Source of the DNA: Gemmatimonadaceae bacterium
GTDB taxonomy: Bacteria > Gemmatimonadota > Gemmatimonadetes > Gemmatimonadales > Gemmatimonadaceae
Length of the DNA: 22,093 nt
NCBI GenBank assembly: GCA_040902005.1
Contig: JBBDYA010000082.1
Location: 1 to 22,093 of the forward strand
Reading direction: 5' to 3'
In this document: piece after piece, positions 1 through 8,455 of the stretch
Layout of the letters: the number at the start of each line of letters is the position of its first letter
How positions within the stretch are numbered: position 1 is the first letter of the stretch
Program-made: the position numbers and the translations under genes
Notes under the pieces: generated by a model
The model's database searches: none
The model's input: only the letters and a program-made list of their open reading frames with translations
Told to the model about the DNA's origin: nothing

Positions 1-2
1 GG

Positions 3-2585
3 GTGGGGGTGGGGGGGGGGGTCCTGAGCGCCGCGCTGCTGCTGTTGGCCCCGCACGGGGTGGCGTCGCAGGAGCGCGGCGCGATTGCGCTGGGGCAGGC
101 CGTGCGGGGACTCGGCGTGAACACCCGAGTGCTGATGATCGGCGCGCATCCCGACGACGAGGACACCAACCTCATCGCGTGGCTCTCGCGCGGCCGTCAC
201 GTCACGACCGGGTATCTCTCCCTCACGCGCGGCGACGGCGGGCAGAACGTCATCGGCAACGAGCTGGGCGAAGCGCTCGGCGTGATCCGGGCGGAGGAAC
301 TGCTGGCGGCGCGGCAGGTGGACGGCGCCCTCCAGTATTTCACGCGGGCGTACGATTTCGGATTTACGAAGGACACCGCCGACACCTTCGGGCACTGGCA
401 GCGGGACTCGATTCTGGGAGACGTGGTGCGCGTCGTGCGGGCGTTCCGGCCCCATGTGATCGTCAGCGTGTTTTCGGGCACCACACGCGACGGGCATGGC
501 CAGCACCAGGTGTCCGGGATGCTCGCGCGCGAGGCATACGACGTGGCGGGCGACACCGCGCGCTTTTCCACGCGAACGCACGGCGCGCCCTGGGCCGCCC
601 ACAAGTTCTACCGTGCCGCGCGCGGCAACGCGCAGGCGGGAACCCTGGGGATGAACGTGGGCGAATACTCGCCGCTGCTGGGCGAGTCGTTCGGCGAGAT
701 CGCGGGGCGCAGCCGGTCGCAGCACAAGTCGCAGGCCTTCGGCGCGCTGGAGCGGAAGGGGCCGATCATGAACTACGTGCGTCGCGAGGCAACACGCGTC
801 AACGAGTCCCTACCAGCGGAATCCGAGGGATCCCTCTTCGATGGAATCGACACCACGTGGGCGCGCTTCAACGCCGGCATTCGCGATCCGCGACGGCGGG
901 CCGCGCTCGACTCGCTCCCGGCCGCGTTCGCTGCTGTCCGCTCCGCCTTCGATCCCTTCGCGCCCGAGCGGCTGCTTGCGCCCCTGGCGCGCGCCAGCAG
1001 TCTGCTGGGCTGGATCTGCCCCGCGATGCTGGGGATGCCGTGCACGGATGCGCGTGACCGGGACCCGGCCATGGAGGGCGATCTTTCGGCGAGCATCGTC
1101 AACGCGCACTGGCGCGTTCTGGGCGCCATCGAGCTCGCGAGCGGCATCTCCATCGAAGCGACCGCACCGCGCGAGACGTTCGCCATCGGCGCGCGCATTC
1201 CGGTGACGGTGTCGATCTACAACCGCGGCCGCGACACGGTCACGATCGGCGGTCCGCTCACCAGGGCAACGGATCGGCTTCCGTCCGGGCGCATGGTGCC
1301 GCCGGGCGGGGTGCTGCGTGATTCGCTCGACGTCACGCTGGACTCCCTCACCCAACCCTGGTGGCTCACCGGCCGGCGCGGCGGCATGTTCCTGTCGCCG
1401 GGCCGCGGACTCCCCGCCTCGCGGCTGGAGCCGGAACCGTCGGTGGCGTATCTCGTGTCGCCCGATCGCGTCACGATGACAACCATCAGCGCGCCGGTGA
1501 TGTTCCGGTTTGCCGACGATGTCCGCGGTGAGATTCAGCGTCAGGTGGTCGCGGTCCCGGCCGTCGCCGTCGCGCTCGATCAGGAGGTGCAGTACGCACC
1601 GGCCCAGGTGGAGGTCGATCGCGAGGTTCCGGTCCATCTCCGCAGCGCCGATTTGGAGACGCGCGCCGTTCGCGTCACCCTGTCACTGCCCCGGGGGCTC
1701 ACCGCGGACAGCGCGTCACGTACCGTGAGTCTCGCGGGTTACGACGCGCGCCACACCGTGACCTTCCGCGTGCGCGGGCGGATTGCCGCGGGTGAGCACC
1801 GCATCGCGGCGCTCGCCGAAAGCAACGGGGAGCGCTTCGACGCTGGCTCTGACCTGATCGACTACGATCACATTCGACGCCAGCGGGTTTACCGTCCGGC
1901 GACGACCACCATCACCGCGGTGGACGTCCGCGTTCCCGCGACCCTGCGCGTGGCCTACGTCCCGGGCGTGTCGGACAACGTGGCGCCGATGCTCGCGCAA
2001 CTTGGTGTCTCCGTGACGGTCATTCCGGCTGCCGGGATCGCGCGCGCGGACCTCTCCCCTTTCACGACCGTGGTCATCGGCCCGCGCGCGTACGATGCGA
2101 ATCCGGAGCTGGTGAACGCCAACCCGCGCCTGTTCGATTTCGCGCGCGCGGGCGGCACGCTCGTGGTGCAGTACGGCCAATACGAAATGACGCGACCGGG
2201 ATACACGCCGTACCCCATCACGATGGCGCGCCCGCACAACCGCGTCACGCACGAAGATGCGCCCGTGACCCTTCTTGACGGAGACGCAGCCGTGCTGCGC
2301 GCGCCCAATCGTATCACGCGCGCCGACTTTGCCGGCTGGGTGCAGGAGCGCAGCCTCTACATGCCGCGCACCTTCGATGAGCGCTATCGCCCGGTGCTCG
2401 AAATGAGCGACCCGGGCGAGCAGCCACACCGGGGGGCCGTGCTCGTGGCGCCGCTGGGACGCGGCACGTATGTGTACACGTCGCTGGCGTTCTTCCGGCA
2501 GCTGCCCGCGGGGGTGCCGGGCGCCGCGCGTCTCTTCGTCAACCTGCTCGGCGCTGGTCAGCCGGTGGGCGGGAACGCGCCGTGA
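3..2585 (+). CDS. Secreted PIG-L/LmbE-family de-N-acetylase with C-terminal Ig-like (NEW3-type) and glutamine-amidotransferase-like domains; true start probably upstream of the window
   Basis: Signal-peptide-like N-terminus (LSAALLLLAPHGVAS/QE). PIG-L metal motif AHPDDE, TRGDGGQN, RAYDFGF and the HGQH second His motif. The C-terminal region (GPRAY...GGTLVVQY...GWVQERSLY...LAFFRQLPAGVPGAARLFVNLL) is typical of the long 800-900 aa PIG-L proteins. Codon usage is GC3-rich. Confidence 0.88.
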   Translation: MGVGGGVLSAALLLLAPHGVASQERGAIALGQAVRGLGVNTRVLMIGAHPDDEDTNLIAWLSRGRHVTTGYLSLTRGDGGQNVIGNELGEALGVIRAEELLAARQVDGALQYFTRAYDFGFTKDTADTFGHWQRDSILGDVVRVVRAFRPHVIVSVFSGTTRDGHGQHQVSGMLAREAYDVAGDTARFSTRTHGAPWAAHKFYRAARGNAQAGTLGMNVGEYSPLLGESFGEIAGRSRSQHKSQAFGALERKGPIMNYVRREATRVNESLPAESEGSLFDGIDTTWARFNAGIRDPRRRAALDSLPAAFAAVRSAFDPFAPERLLAPLARASSLLGWICPAMLGMPCTDARDRDPAMEGDLSASIVNAHWRVLGAIELASGISIEATAPRETFAIGARIPVTVSIYNRGRDTVTIGGPLTRATDRLPSGRMVPPGGVLRDSLDVTLDSLTQPWWLTGRRGGMFLSPGRGLPASRLEPEPSVAYLVSPDRVTMTTISAPVMFRFADDVRGEIQRQVVAVPAVAVALDQEVQYAPAQVEVDREVPVHLRSADLETRAVRVTLSLPRGLTADSASRTVSLAGYDARHTVTFRVRGRIAAGEHRIAALAESNGERFDAGSDLIDYDHIRRQRVYRPATTTITAVDVRVPATLRVAYVPGVSDNVAPMLAQLGVSVTVIPAAGIARADLSPFTTVVIGPRAYDANPELVNANPRLFDFARAGGTLVVQYGQYEMTRPGYTPYPITMARPHNRVTHEDAPVTLLDGDAAVLRAPNRITRADFAGWVQERSLYMPRTFDERYRPVLEMSDPGEQPHRGAVLVAPLGRGTYVYTSLAFFRQLPAGVPGAARLFVNLLGAGQPVGGNAP
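11..21 (+). repeat. G11 homopolymer within a G-rich run (1-21) in the signal-peptide coding region of the PIG-L gene
   Basis: GGGTGGGGGTGGGGGGGGGGG read directly. Confidence 0.9.
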
Positions 2586-2692
2586 CGTCGCCCGAGCAGG
2601 CGCGATTCCGTCGCACGCTGGTTCGCGTGATGACCGTGCAGGTCATCGCGCTGGCGCTGCTCTGGTGGCTGCAATCCACTTTCGCCCGCGGA
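2582..2692 (+). CDS. Putative small single-pass membrane protein (about 36-49 aa; end uncertain, no in-frame stop in the sequence as given)
   Basis: The GTG start overlaps the PIG-L stop (GTGA at 2582-2585). MTSPEQARFRRTLVRVMTVQVIALALLWWLQSTFAR is a basic N-terminus plus one TM helix, and it fills the gap before the symporter. The frame loses protein-like character after the C11 tract at 2695-2705. Confidence 0.6.
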
Positions 2693-2694
2693 CA

Positions 2695-2705
2695 CCCCCC
2701 CCCCC
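2695..2705 (+). repeat. C11 homopolymer between the microprotein and the SSS start
   Basis: GGACA-C11-ACTTCG read directly. Confidence 0.9.
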
Positions 2706-2717
2706 ACTTCGCCAACC

Positions 2718-4397
2718 GTGCATCCGCTGAACTGGGCCATCGTTGTCGCGTATCTGGTCTACGTGATCTGGGACGGCGTGCGGCGGTCGAAGAATACGAC
2801 GGAGATCGAGGGATACTTTCTGGCGAGCCGCAGCCTTCCGTGGTGGGCGGTGGGCCTCTCCGTCATGGCCACGCAGCTGTCCGCGATCACGATGATCGGC
2901 ACCACGGGCCAGGGCGCCACGGACGGGATGCGCTTCATCCAGTTCTACTTCGGGCTGCCGATCGCGATGGTGATCCTCGGCGTGACGCTCGTGCCCTTCC
3001 TGCACGGCGCCCGCGTGTACACGGCATACGAGTATCTGGAGCGACGGTTCGACGCGAAGACGCGAGCGTTGACGTCGCTGCTGTTCCTGCTCTCGCGGGG
3101 TGCATCGTGCGGGATCATCATCTCGGCGCCGGCGATCGTGTTCTCCGCCGTGTTCGGATGGCCCTTTGCGCTATCCGTTGCCATCATCGGTGTGCCAACG
3201 GTGATCTATACGATGATCGGCGGCGTGCAGGCAGTCACGTGGGTGGACGTGAAGCAGATGTTCCTGATCGTGTTCGCGCTGCTGGCGATGGTCGTCGTGC
3301 TGCTGGTGAAGATGCCGGTGGCGCCGGCGGAGGCGCTGACGATCGCCGGTGCCGCCGGCCGACTCCAGGTCTTCGACTTCTCGTTCAGTCTCTCGAACAC
3401 CTACACCTTCTGGTCCGGCATCATCGGGGGAACGTTCCTGATGCTGTCGTACTTCGGCACCGACCAGAGCCAGGTGCAGCGCTATCTCACGGCCCGATCG
3501 GTGGACGAGGCGCGCAGCTCGCTCCTCATCAGCGCCTACTGGAAGATTCCCCTTCAGGCGTTGATCCTGCTGGTGGGCGTGCTGGTGTTCGTGTTCTATC
3601 TGTTCCAGCGGCCGCCGCTGCTGTTCAATCCAGTGCACGAGCGCGCGGTGGTCGCACAGGCGTCCCCGGAGTACGACGGGCTCCAGGCGCGCTACGCGGA
3701 GGAATTCACCGCGCGAGACCGGGCGGCGCGCGCGCTGGCCGCCGCGCCGGGGGATGCCGTCGCGGAGCGGGAAGCGTTTCGCGCGCGCGAGGCCGGCGTC
3801 ACCGGGATTCGGACCGAAGCGCTGGCGCTGGCCAGCCGCGTGACGGGCCAGGGATCGCGCGACGTGAACTACGTCATTCCGCGCTTCGTGCTCGACTACC
3901 TGCCCATCGGACTGCTGGGGCTGTTCACCGCCGGGGTGCTCGCCGCCGCCATGTCGAGCATCGCGGCCGAGCTGAACTCGTTGTCCACCGCGACGGTCAT
4001 CGATTTCTACCGGCGATGGTTCCGGCGCGAGGCGTCGGACGCGCATTTCCTGCGCGTGTCGAAGGTCGCGACCGGAATGTGGGGGCTGTTTGCCTGTACC
4101 GTGGCGCTGTACGCCGCCAACCTCGGCTCCCTGATCGAGGTCGTGAATCGCTTCGGCTCCTTCTTCTACGGTTCCATCCTGGGCGTGTTCCTGCTCGCGA
4201 TGATTCCGCGCGCGGGAGGATGGGCCGCCTTCGTCGGATTGCTGACTGGCATGGGCGCGGTGGCGACCGTGAACTTTGGCGCTCCCCAGGTGTCCTTTCT
4301 CTGGCATAACGTGGTTGGTGCGGTGACGGTGGTGGTGGTCGGCACCGCGCTCGGCGGCATCGGATCGAAGCGCCCCCCTCCCCGTGCGACGCCCTAG
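2718..4397 (+). CDS. Sodium:solute symporter (SSS/SLC5 family)
   Basis: Multiple TM helices with family motifs YFLASRSLPWWAVGLS, TAYEYLERRF, YTMIGGVQAVTWVD, GTDQSQVQRYL and AAAMSS...LNSLST. Confidence 0.93.
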   Translation: MHPLNWAIVVAYLVYVIWDGVRRSKNTTEIEGYFLASRSLPWWAVGLSVMATQLSAITMIGTTGQGATDGMRFIQFYFGLPIAMVILGVTLVPFLHGARVYTAYEYLERRFDAKTRALTSLLFLLSRGASCGIIISAPAIVFSAVFGWPFALSVAIIGVPTVIYTMIGGVQAVTWVDVKQMFLIVFALLAMVVVLLVKMPVAPAEALTIAGAAGRLQVFDFSFSLSNTYTFWSGIIGGTFLMLSYFGTDQSQVQRYLTARSVDEARSSLLISAYWKIPLQALILLVGVLVFVFYLFQRPPLLFNPVHERAVVAQASPEYDGLQARYAEEFTARDRAARALAAAPGDAVAEREAFRAREAGVTGIRTEALALASRVTGQGSRDVNYVIPRFVLDYLPIGLLGLFTAGVLAAAMSSIAAELNSLSTATVIDFYRRWFRREASDAHFLRVSKVATGMWGLFACTVALYAANLGSLIEVVNRFGSFFYGSILGVFLLAMIPRAGGWAAFVGLLTGMGAVATVNFGAPQVSFLWHNVVGAVTVVVVGTALGGIGSKRPPPRATP

Positions 4398-5628
4398 AGT
4401 CGTCATCATCGGTGGCGGCTTCGGTGGCCTGTATGCCGCGCGCGCGTTCGCGCGGGCGGCGGTGGACCTCACCGTTGTGGATCGAACGAACCACCACCTG
4501 TTCCAGCCCCTGCTGTACCAGGTGGCGACGGCGACGCTCGCCCCCACCGACATCACCGCGCCGATCCGCTGGCTGCTGCGCAAGCAGCGCAATGCGCGCG
4601 TCCTGCTGGCCGATGTCACCGCGATCGATCTGGAGCGCCGCGAGGTGTCGTGCGACGAGGGCGCGCTCACGCTGGCCTACGATTATCTGATCGTCGCGTC
4701 CGGGGCTCGGCACTCGTATTTCGGAAACGCCGAATGGGAGAAGGTCGCGCCCGGGCTCAAGAGCATCGATGACGCGATCGTCGTGCGGCACCGGTTCCTG
4801 CTCGCGCTGGAGCGCGCCGAGAAGGCGACGACGGACGAGGAGCGGCGTCGCCTGCTCACGTTCGTGATCGTGGGTGCCGGCCCGACCGGTGTCGAGCTGG
4901 CGGGTATGGTTCCCCTGATCACGCGCCAAAGCCTGCCGGACGAGTTCCGCAGCGCGGACACGCGGCGCTCGCGGGTGATTCTGGTGGAGGCTGGTCCCAG
5001 GGTGCTGCCGACGTTCTCGGAGAATCTCGCCGAGCACGCGCGTCGGGACCTGGTGGACATGGGCGTGGAGGTGCGCACCGGCACGGTCGTGACGGGCATC
5101 GAGCGCGGTGCGGTGCATGTCGGCGCGGAGCGCATCGAGACGGAGACCGTGTTCTGGGCCGCGGGCAACGAAGCGTCGCCGTTGGGCAGGCTGCTGGGCG
5201 CGCCGCTGGATCGCGCCGGGCGCGTGCAGGTGCTGCCCGACCTTTCCGTGCCTGGACGCCCCCATGTGTTCGTGGTGGGTGACCTGGCGCAGATGCATAC
5301 GAATGGTGCTCCTGTACCCGGAGTCGCGCAGGCGGCGATGCAGAGCGGGGTGCATGCGGCGCGCAACATCCTGCGGCTCATCGAGGGGCGGTCCACCACG
5401 CCGTTCCACTACCGCAACAAGGGTGACCTAGCGACGATCGGCCGCAATCGCGCCATTGCCCAGTTCCCGTCATTCCAGATGTGGGGGCGTCCGGCCTGGT
5501 GGTTCTGGCTGTTCCTGCATGTGATGTATCTGGCGGGGTTCAGGAACCGGCTGAGCGTGTTGATCGAGTGGGCATACTCGTATTTCACGTACCAGCGGGG
5601 CGCGCGCCTGATCGCTGGCAAGCGATAG
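4384..5628 (+). CDS. ndh: Type II NADH:quinone oxidoreductase (NDH-2)
   Basis: FAD motif GGGFGG, HLFQPLLYQVAT, second dinucleotide motif GAGPTGVELAG, acidic residue in LVEAGPR (NADH-type), quinone-site motif AQAAMQ (AQxAxQ), and a C-terminal amphipathic membrane anchor. Overlaps the symporter stop by 14 bp. Confidence 0.9.
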   Translation: MRRPRVVIIGGGFGGLYAARAFARAAVDLTVVDRTNHHLFQPLLYQVATATLAPTDITAPIRWLLRKQRNARVLLADVTAIDLERREVSCDEGALTLAYDYLIVASGARHSYFGNAEWEKVAPGLKSIDDAIVVRHRFLLALERAEKATTDEERRRLLTFVIVGAGPTGVELAGMVPLITRQSLPDEFRSADTRRSRVILVEAGPRVLPTFSENLAEHARRDLVDMGVEVRTGTVVTGIERGAVHVGAERIETETVFWAAGNEASPLGRLLGAPLDRAGRVQVLPDLSVPGRPHVFVVGDLAQMHTNGAPVPGVAQAAMQSGVHAARNILRLIEGRSTTPFHYRNKGDLATIGRNRAIAQFPSFQMWGRPAWWFWLFLHVMYLAGFRNRLSVLIEWAYSYFTYQRGARLIAGKR

Positions 5629-5663
5629 GACGCAATCCCATCGCCCTCACGCGCCCTAAGTCA

Positions 5664-5692
5664 TTGACACTGCGTGACTCAGGCCGCATCCT
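5664..5692 (+). promoter_or_regulatory. Putative sigma70 promoter of the histidine kinase gene (likely leaderless)
   Basis: Perfect TTGACA at 5664-5669, a 17-bp spacer, CATCCT at 5687-5692, then 6 nt to the GTG at 5699. No SD sequence. Confidence 0.6.
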
Positions 5693-5698
5693 GCCAGC

Positions 5699-7720
5699 GT
5701 GTCCAATCCCGGCCTGACCGACCCACTCGAGGACGTCACCAGAGGGGAGGGCGCGCAGATCGCCCGTCTGCATGCCCTCTTTGAGGCGATCTCCCTTGCG
5801 ATCGCGATCTTCGATCACGAGCAGCGGCTGGTCAGCGCCAACGCCAGGTTCCGCGAGCTCACGGGCATGGACGACCGGCAGGCCCTCGGTCGGTCCATCT
5901 ACGACGCGTTTCCGAATGCCCTCGCCGATCTCACCGAGCAGATCGATGCCGCGCTCGAGGGTCGGCCAGTCGTGGCGTACTCGGTGGCGTTCCAGCATCG
6001 CGGCGGCGTCCGGGTGGTCGAAGCCACCTTCGCGCCACTGGCGGAGCCGGGCACCGGCAACGCGCGCGGACTCGTGTTCGCCGGCAATGACATCACCGAG
6101 CGAGAGGAACTCCGTGAGAGCCTGGCCCGAAGCGTCTCCCAGCTCGAGACCATCTTTGACGTCATTCCGGATTCCGTCCGCGTGGTGGACGTGGACGGCC
6201 GCACCATCCGGACGAATACCCAGGCGCAGCAGGACCACGCCCCGAACACGCCGACGACGCTGCGCGAGCTCTGGCAGCTGGATCGTCCCAAGACGCTGGA
6301 GGGCACCAGTCTCTTCATGCACGAGCACCCCACCGCGCGCGCGCTGCGCGGCGAGCGCGTGCGGGGCGAAACGCTGACGGTCCGGCGTGGGCCCGAAAAC
6401 CAGGTCATCATCGACGTCAACGCCAACCCGCTCTATGACGAGCGCGGGCGTATCCGTGGTGCCGTCACCGTCGAACGCGACGTGACCTTCCGGGTGCAGC
6501 TGACCAAGAAACTCGAGGAGGAGGCGCGCCGGACGGCCGAGCTGTACGACCGCGTATCCACCGAGGCCGAGCGACTCGAGCGCATGGTGCAGGAGCGCAC
6601 GCGCGAGCTGCTGGCCCTCCAGGACGCGCGGTCGCGCGAACGTCGCCTCGCCGCCGTGGGTCAGCTCGCCGCCGGCGTCATGCACGACGTCAACAACGCG
6701 CTGAATCCCATCATGGCCGCGGCGTACCTGCTGGAGACGAACGCCGAGAATCCGACGGCCGTACGGGACTATGCGGTGCGCATCGCCAAGGCCGCGGAGA
6801 CCGGCGCCGCCACGGCGGCCAGGGTGGGACGCTTCATCCGCCAGGAGCCCCTCGCGGGCGTTCGCGAGGAGATGGTCGACCTGGGCACCATCAGCGACGA
6901 GGTGGTGGCCATGACGCGCCCCCTCTGGGCGGAACGCGCGCGTGGGGGGCAGATCCAGCTCCGGCGCCAGCTCGCCCCCGGGATGCTCGTGAAGGGCATC
7001 GCGGGCGAACTTCGCGAGGCGCTGCTGAACCTCGTGCAGAACGCGCTGGACGCCATGCAGTCGGGCGGCACGCTGGGCATTCGTGCGGCCGAGTCCGCTG
7101 ACAACCAGGTGGAGCTGGAAGTCAGCGATTCCGGCGTTGGCATGACGGCCGAGGTGCGGGAGCGGGCGTTTGAGCCGTTCTTCACCACCAAGGGACAGAT
7201 GGGCACCGGGCTCGGCCTTGCCGAAGTGTACGGTATCGTGAAACGGCACCGTGGCCAGGTGGAAATCGATTCGCAGCAGGGGCAGGGAACCACGGTTCGC
7301 ATCCGACTGCCCCGGGCGGTCGCTCCACCGGCTGCCGAAAAGAAGGAGGGGGTGGCCCGGCCGCGGGTCATTCGCCGCGTGCTCCTCGTGGAAGACCACA
7401 CCGACAGCCGGGAGTTCATGACGGCCCTCCTCGAGACTGAGGGGCACATCGTTACGTCGGCCGCCACCGTCAAGGAGGCCCTGGAACGCCTCGATTCCGA
7501 TGAGGGGGCTACATATGAAGTGCTTGTGACGGATATTGGACTGCCGGATGCCAGTGGATGGGATTTGATTCCACAGGCACGGGAACGAAGGCCGGGGCTG
7601 CGTATCGGCGTGGTCACGGGTTGGGAGGGGCACAACGCGCCGTCGGAGGGCGCCGATTTCATGCTCCGCAAGCCAATTCGAACTTCGGATTTTCTCTCCC
7701 AGGTGGCGGGCGACACGTGA
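5699..7720 (+). CDS. Cytoplasmic hybrid sensor histidine kinase (PAS-PAS-coiled coil-HisKA-HATPase-REC)
   Basis: Two PAS domains ending in DITER and DVT. H-box MHDVNNALNPI, N-box LLNLVQNALDAM, G1 DSGVGM, F-box FEPFFTTK, G2 GTGLGL. C-terminal receiver LVEDH...TDIGLPD...VTG...RKP. No TM segments. Confidence 0.93.
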   Translation: MSNPGLTDPLEDVTRGEGAQIARLHALFEAISLAIAIFDHEQRLVSANARFRELTGMDDRQALGRSIYDAFPNALADLTEQIDAALEGRPVVAYSVAFQHRGGVRVVEATFAPLAEPGTGNARGLVFAGNDITEREELRESLARSVSQLETIFDVIPDSVRVVDVDGRTIRTNTQAQQDHAPNTPTTLRELWQLDRPKTLEGTSLFMHEHPTARALRGERVRGETLTVRRGPENQVIIDVNANPLYDERGRIRGAVTVERDVTFRVQLTKKLEEEARRTAELYDRVSTEAERLERMVQERTRELLALQDARSRERRLAAVGQLAAGVMHDVNNALNPIMAAAYLLETNAENPTAVRDYAVRIAKAAETGAATAARVGRFIRQEPLAGVREEMVDLGTISDEVVAMTRPLWAERARGGQIQLRRQLAPGMLVKGIAGELREALLNLVQNALDAMQSGGTLGIRAAESADNQVELEVSDSGVGMTAEVRERAFEPFFTTKGQMGTGLGLAEVYGIVKRHRGQVEIDSQQGQGTTVRIRLPRAVAPPAAEKKEGVARPRVIRRVLLVEDHTDSREFMTALLETEGHIVTSAATVKEALERLDSDEGATYEVLVTDIGLPDASGWDLIPQARERRPGLRIGVVTGWEGHNAPSEGADFMLRKPIRTSDFLSQVAGDT

Positions 7721-7785
7721 AGATGTGTGTTTGACCGGAACCACTGGATTCGCCGTCAGCAACGCAGGTAAGTTCCGTGACCACA

Positions 7786-8397
7786 ATGACTGATGCTCCA
7801 ACGCATACGATCCGCGTCCTCCTCGCGGAAGACGACGACAACGCGCGCTCGCTGCTCGTGGACCTGTTGAACACGCTTGGGCACGTGGTCGTGGCCGAGG
7901 TGGCCACGGGGCGAGAGGCCTACGAGCGCGCGCACGAACTGGTGCCGGACGTCGTGCTGCTCGACGTCCACATGCCCGACGGGTCGGGCATCGAGGCAGC
8001 CGAGCGCATCACCACCGACACGCCGGGCGTTGCCGTGGTGCTGTTCAGCGGCGATCAGACCCTCGTGCTGTCCGACAAGGAAGTGGAATCCACGTCGGCG
8101 ATCGCGTTCCTCCCCAAGCCGGCTCCCCCGCGCGTGCTCGATTCCACCATCCGCCTGGCCGCGAGCCGTGCCAAGCAGCTGGTGTCGGCGCGCAAGGACG
8201 CGGAATCAGCCAAGCAGCAGCTCGAGAATCGCAAGACGATCGAGCGGGCCAAGGGGATCCTGATGCGCCGCACCGGCTCGTCGGAACAGGAGGCGTATCG
8301 CATCCTCCAGCGCACCAGCCAGGACCGCTCGGTGCCCATGGTCGAGATCGCGAGGGTCGTGCTGGCGTCGGAACCGGGCGCGTCGGACGAGAAGTAG
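7786..8397 (+). CDS. Response regulator with REC and ANTAR RNA-binding output domain (AmiR/NasT/EutV/PdtaR-like); alternative GTG start at 7777
   Basis: Receiver motifs LAEDD, LLDVHMPDGSG, FSG and LPKP are intact. ANTAR signature: LENRKTIERAKGILMRRTGSSEQEAYRILQRTSQDRSVPMVEIARVVL. Confidence 0.93.
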   Translation: MTDAPTHTIRVLLAEDDDNARSLLVDLLNTLGHVVVAEVATGREAYERAHELVPDVVLLDVHMPDGSGIEAAERITTDTPGVAVVLFSGDQTLVLSDKEVESTSAIAFLPKPAPPRVLDSTIRLAASRAKQLVSARKDAESAKQQLENRKTIERAKGILMRRTGSSEQEAYRILQRTSQDRSVPMVEIARVVLASEPGASDEK

Positions 8398-8409
8398 CGA
8401 CGCGTCTGC

Positions 8410-8445
8410 CACGGGGAGCTATCGCGCTTCCCAGTGCCCATTTTT
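8410..8445 (+). terminator. Possible intrinsic terminator between the convergent ANTAR regulator and MFS genes
   Basis: Stem GGGGAGC (8413-8419) / GCTTCCC (8426-8432) with a 6-nt loop, extendable by CAC/GTG. T5 follows at 8441-8445, slightly displaced from the stem. Confidence 0.4.
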
Positions 8446-8455
8446 CAGAGCTTCC

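Noticed and set aside
2582..4309. 575-aa ORF overlapping the symporter
   Set aside because: Only the first 36 or so codons look protein-like. The rest is Arg/Gly-rich off-frame translation of the SSS gene.
7758..7793. Possible autoregulatory ANTAR hairpins (loops AACGCA and AATGAC) before the regulator start
   Set aside because: The loops have A1/G4, but the stems do not pair (a G-G mismatch in the first, no closing pair in the second).
5585..7801. 738-aa antisense ORF, and similar long shadows (3171-4670, 3997-5409, 11167-12810, 12692-13840, 14078-15727, 15927-17561)
   Set aside because: These are antisense or off-frame shadows of well-supported genes, expected from stop-codon scarcity at high GC. 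They have no recognisable motifs.
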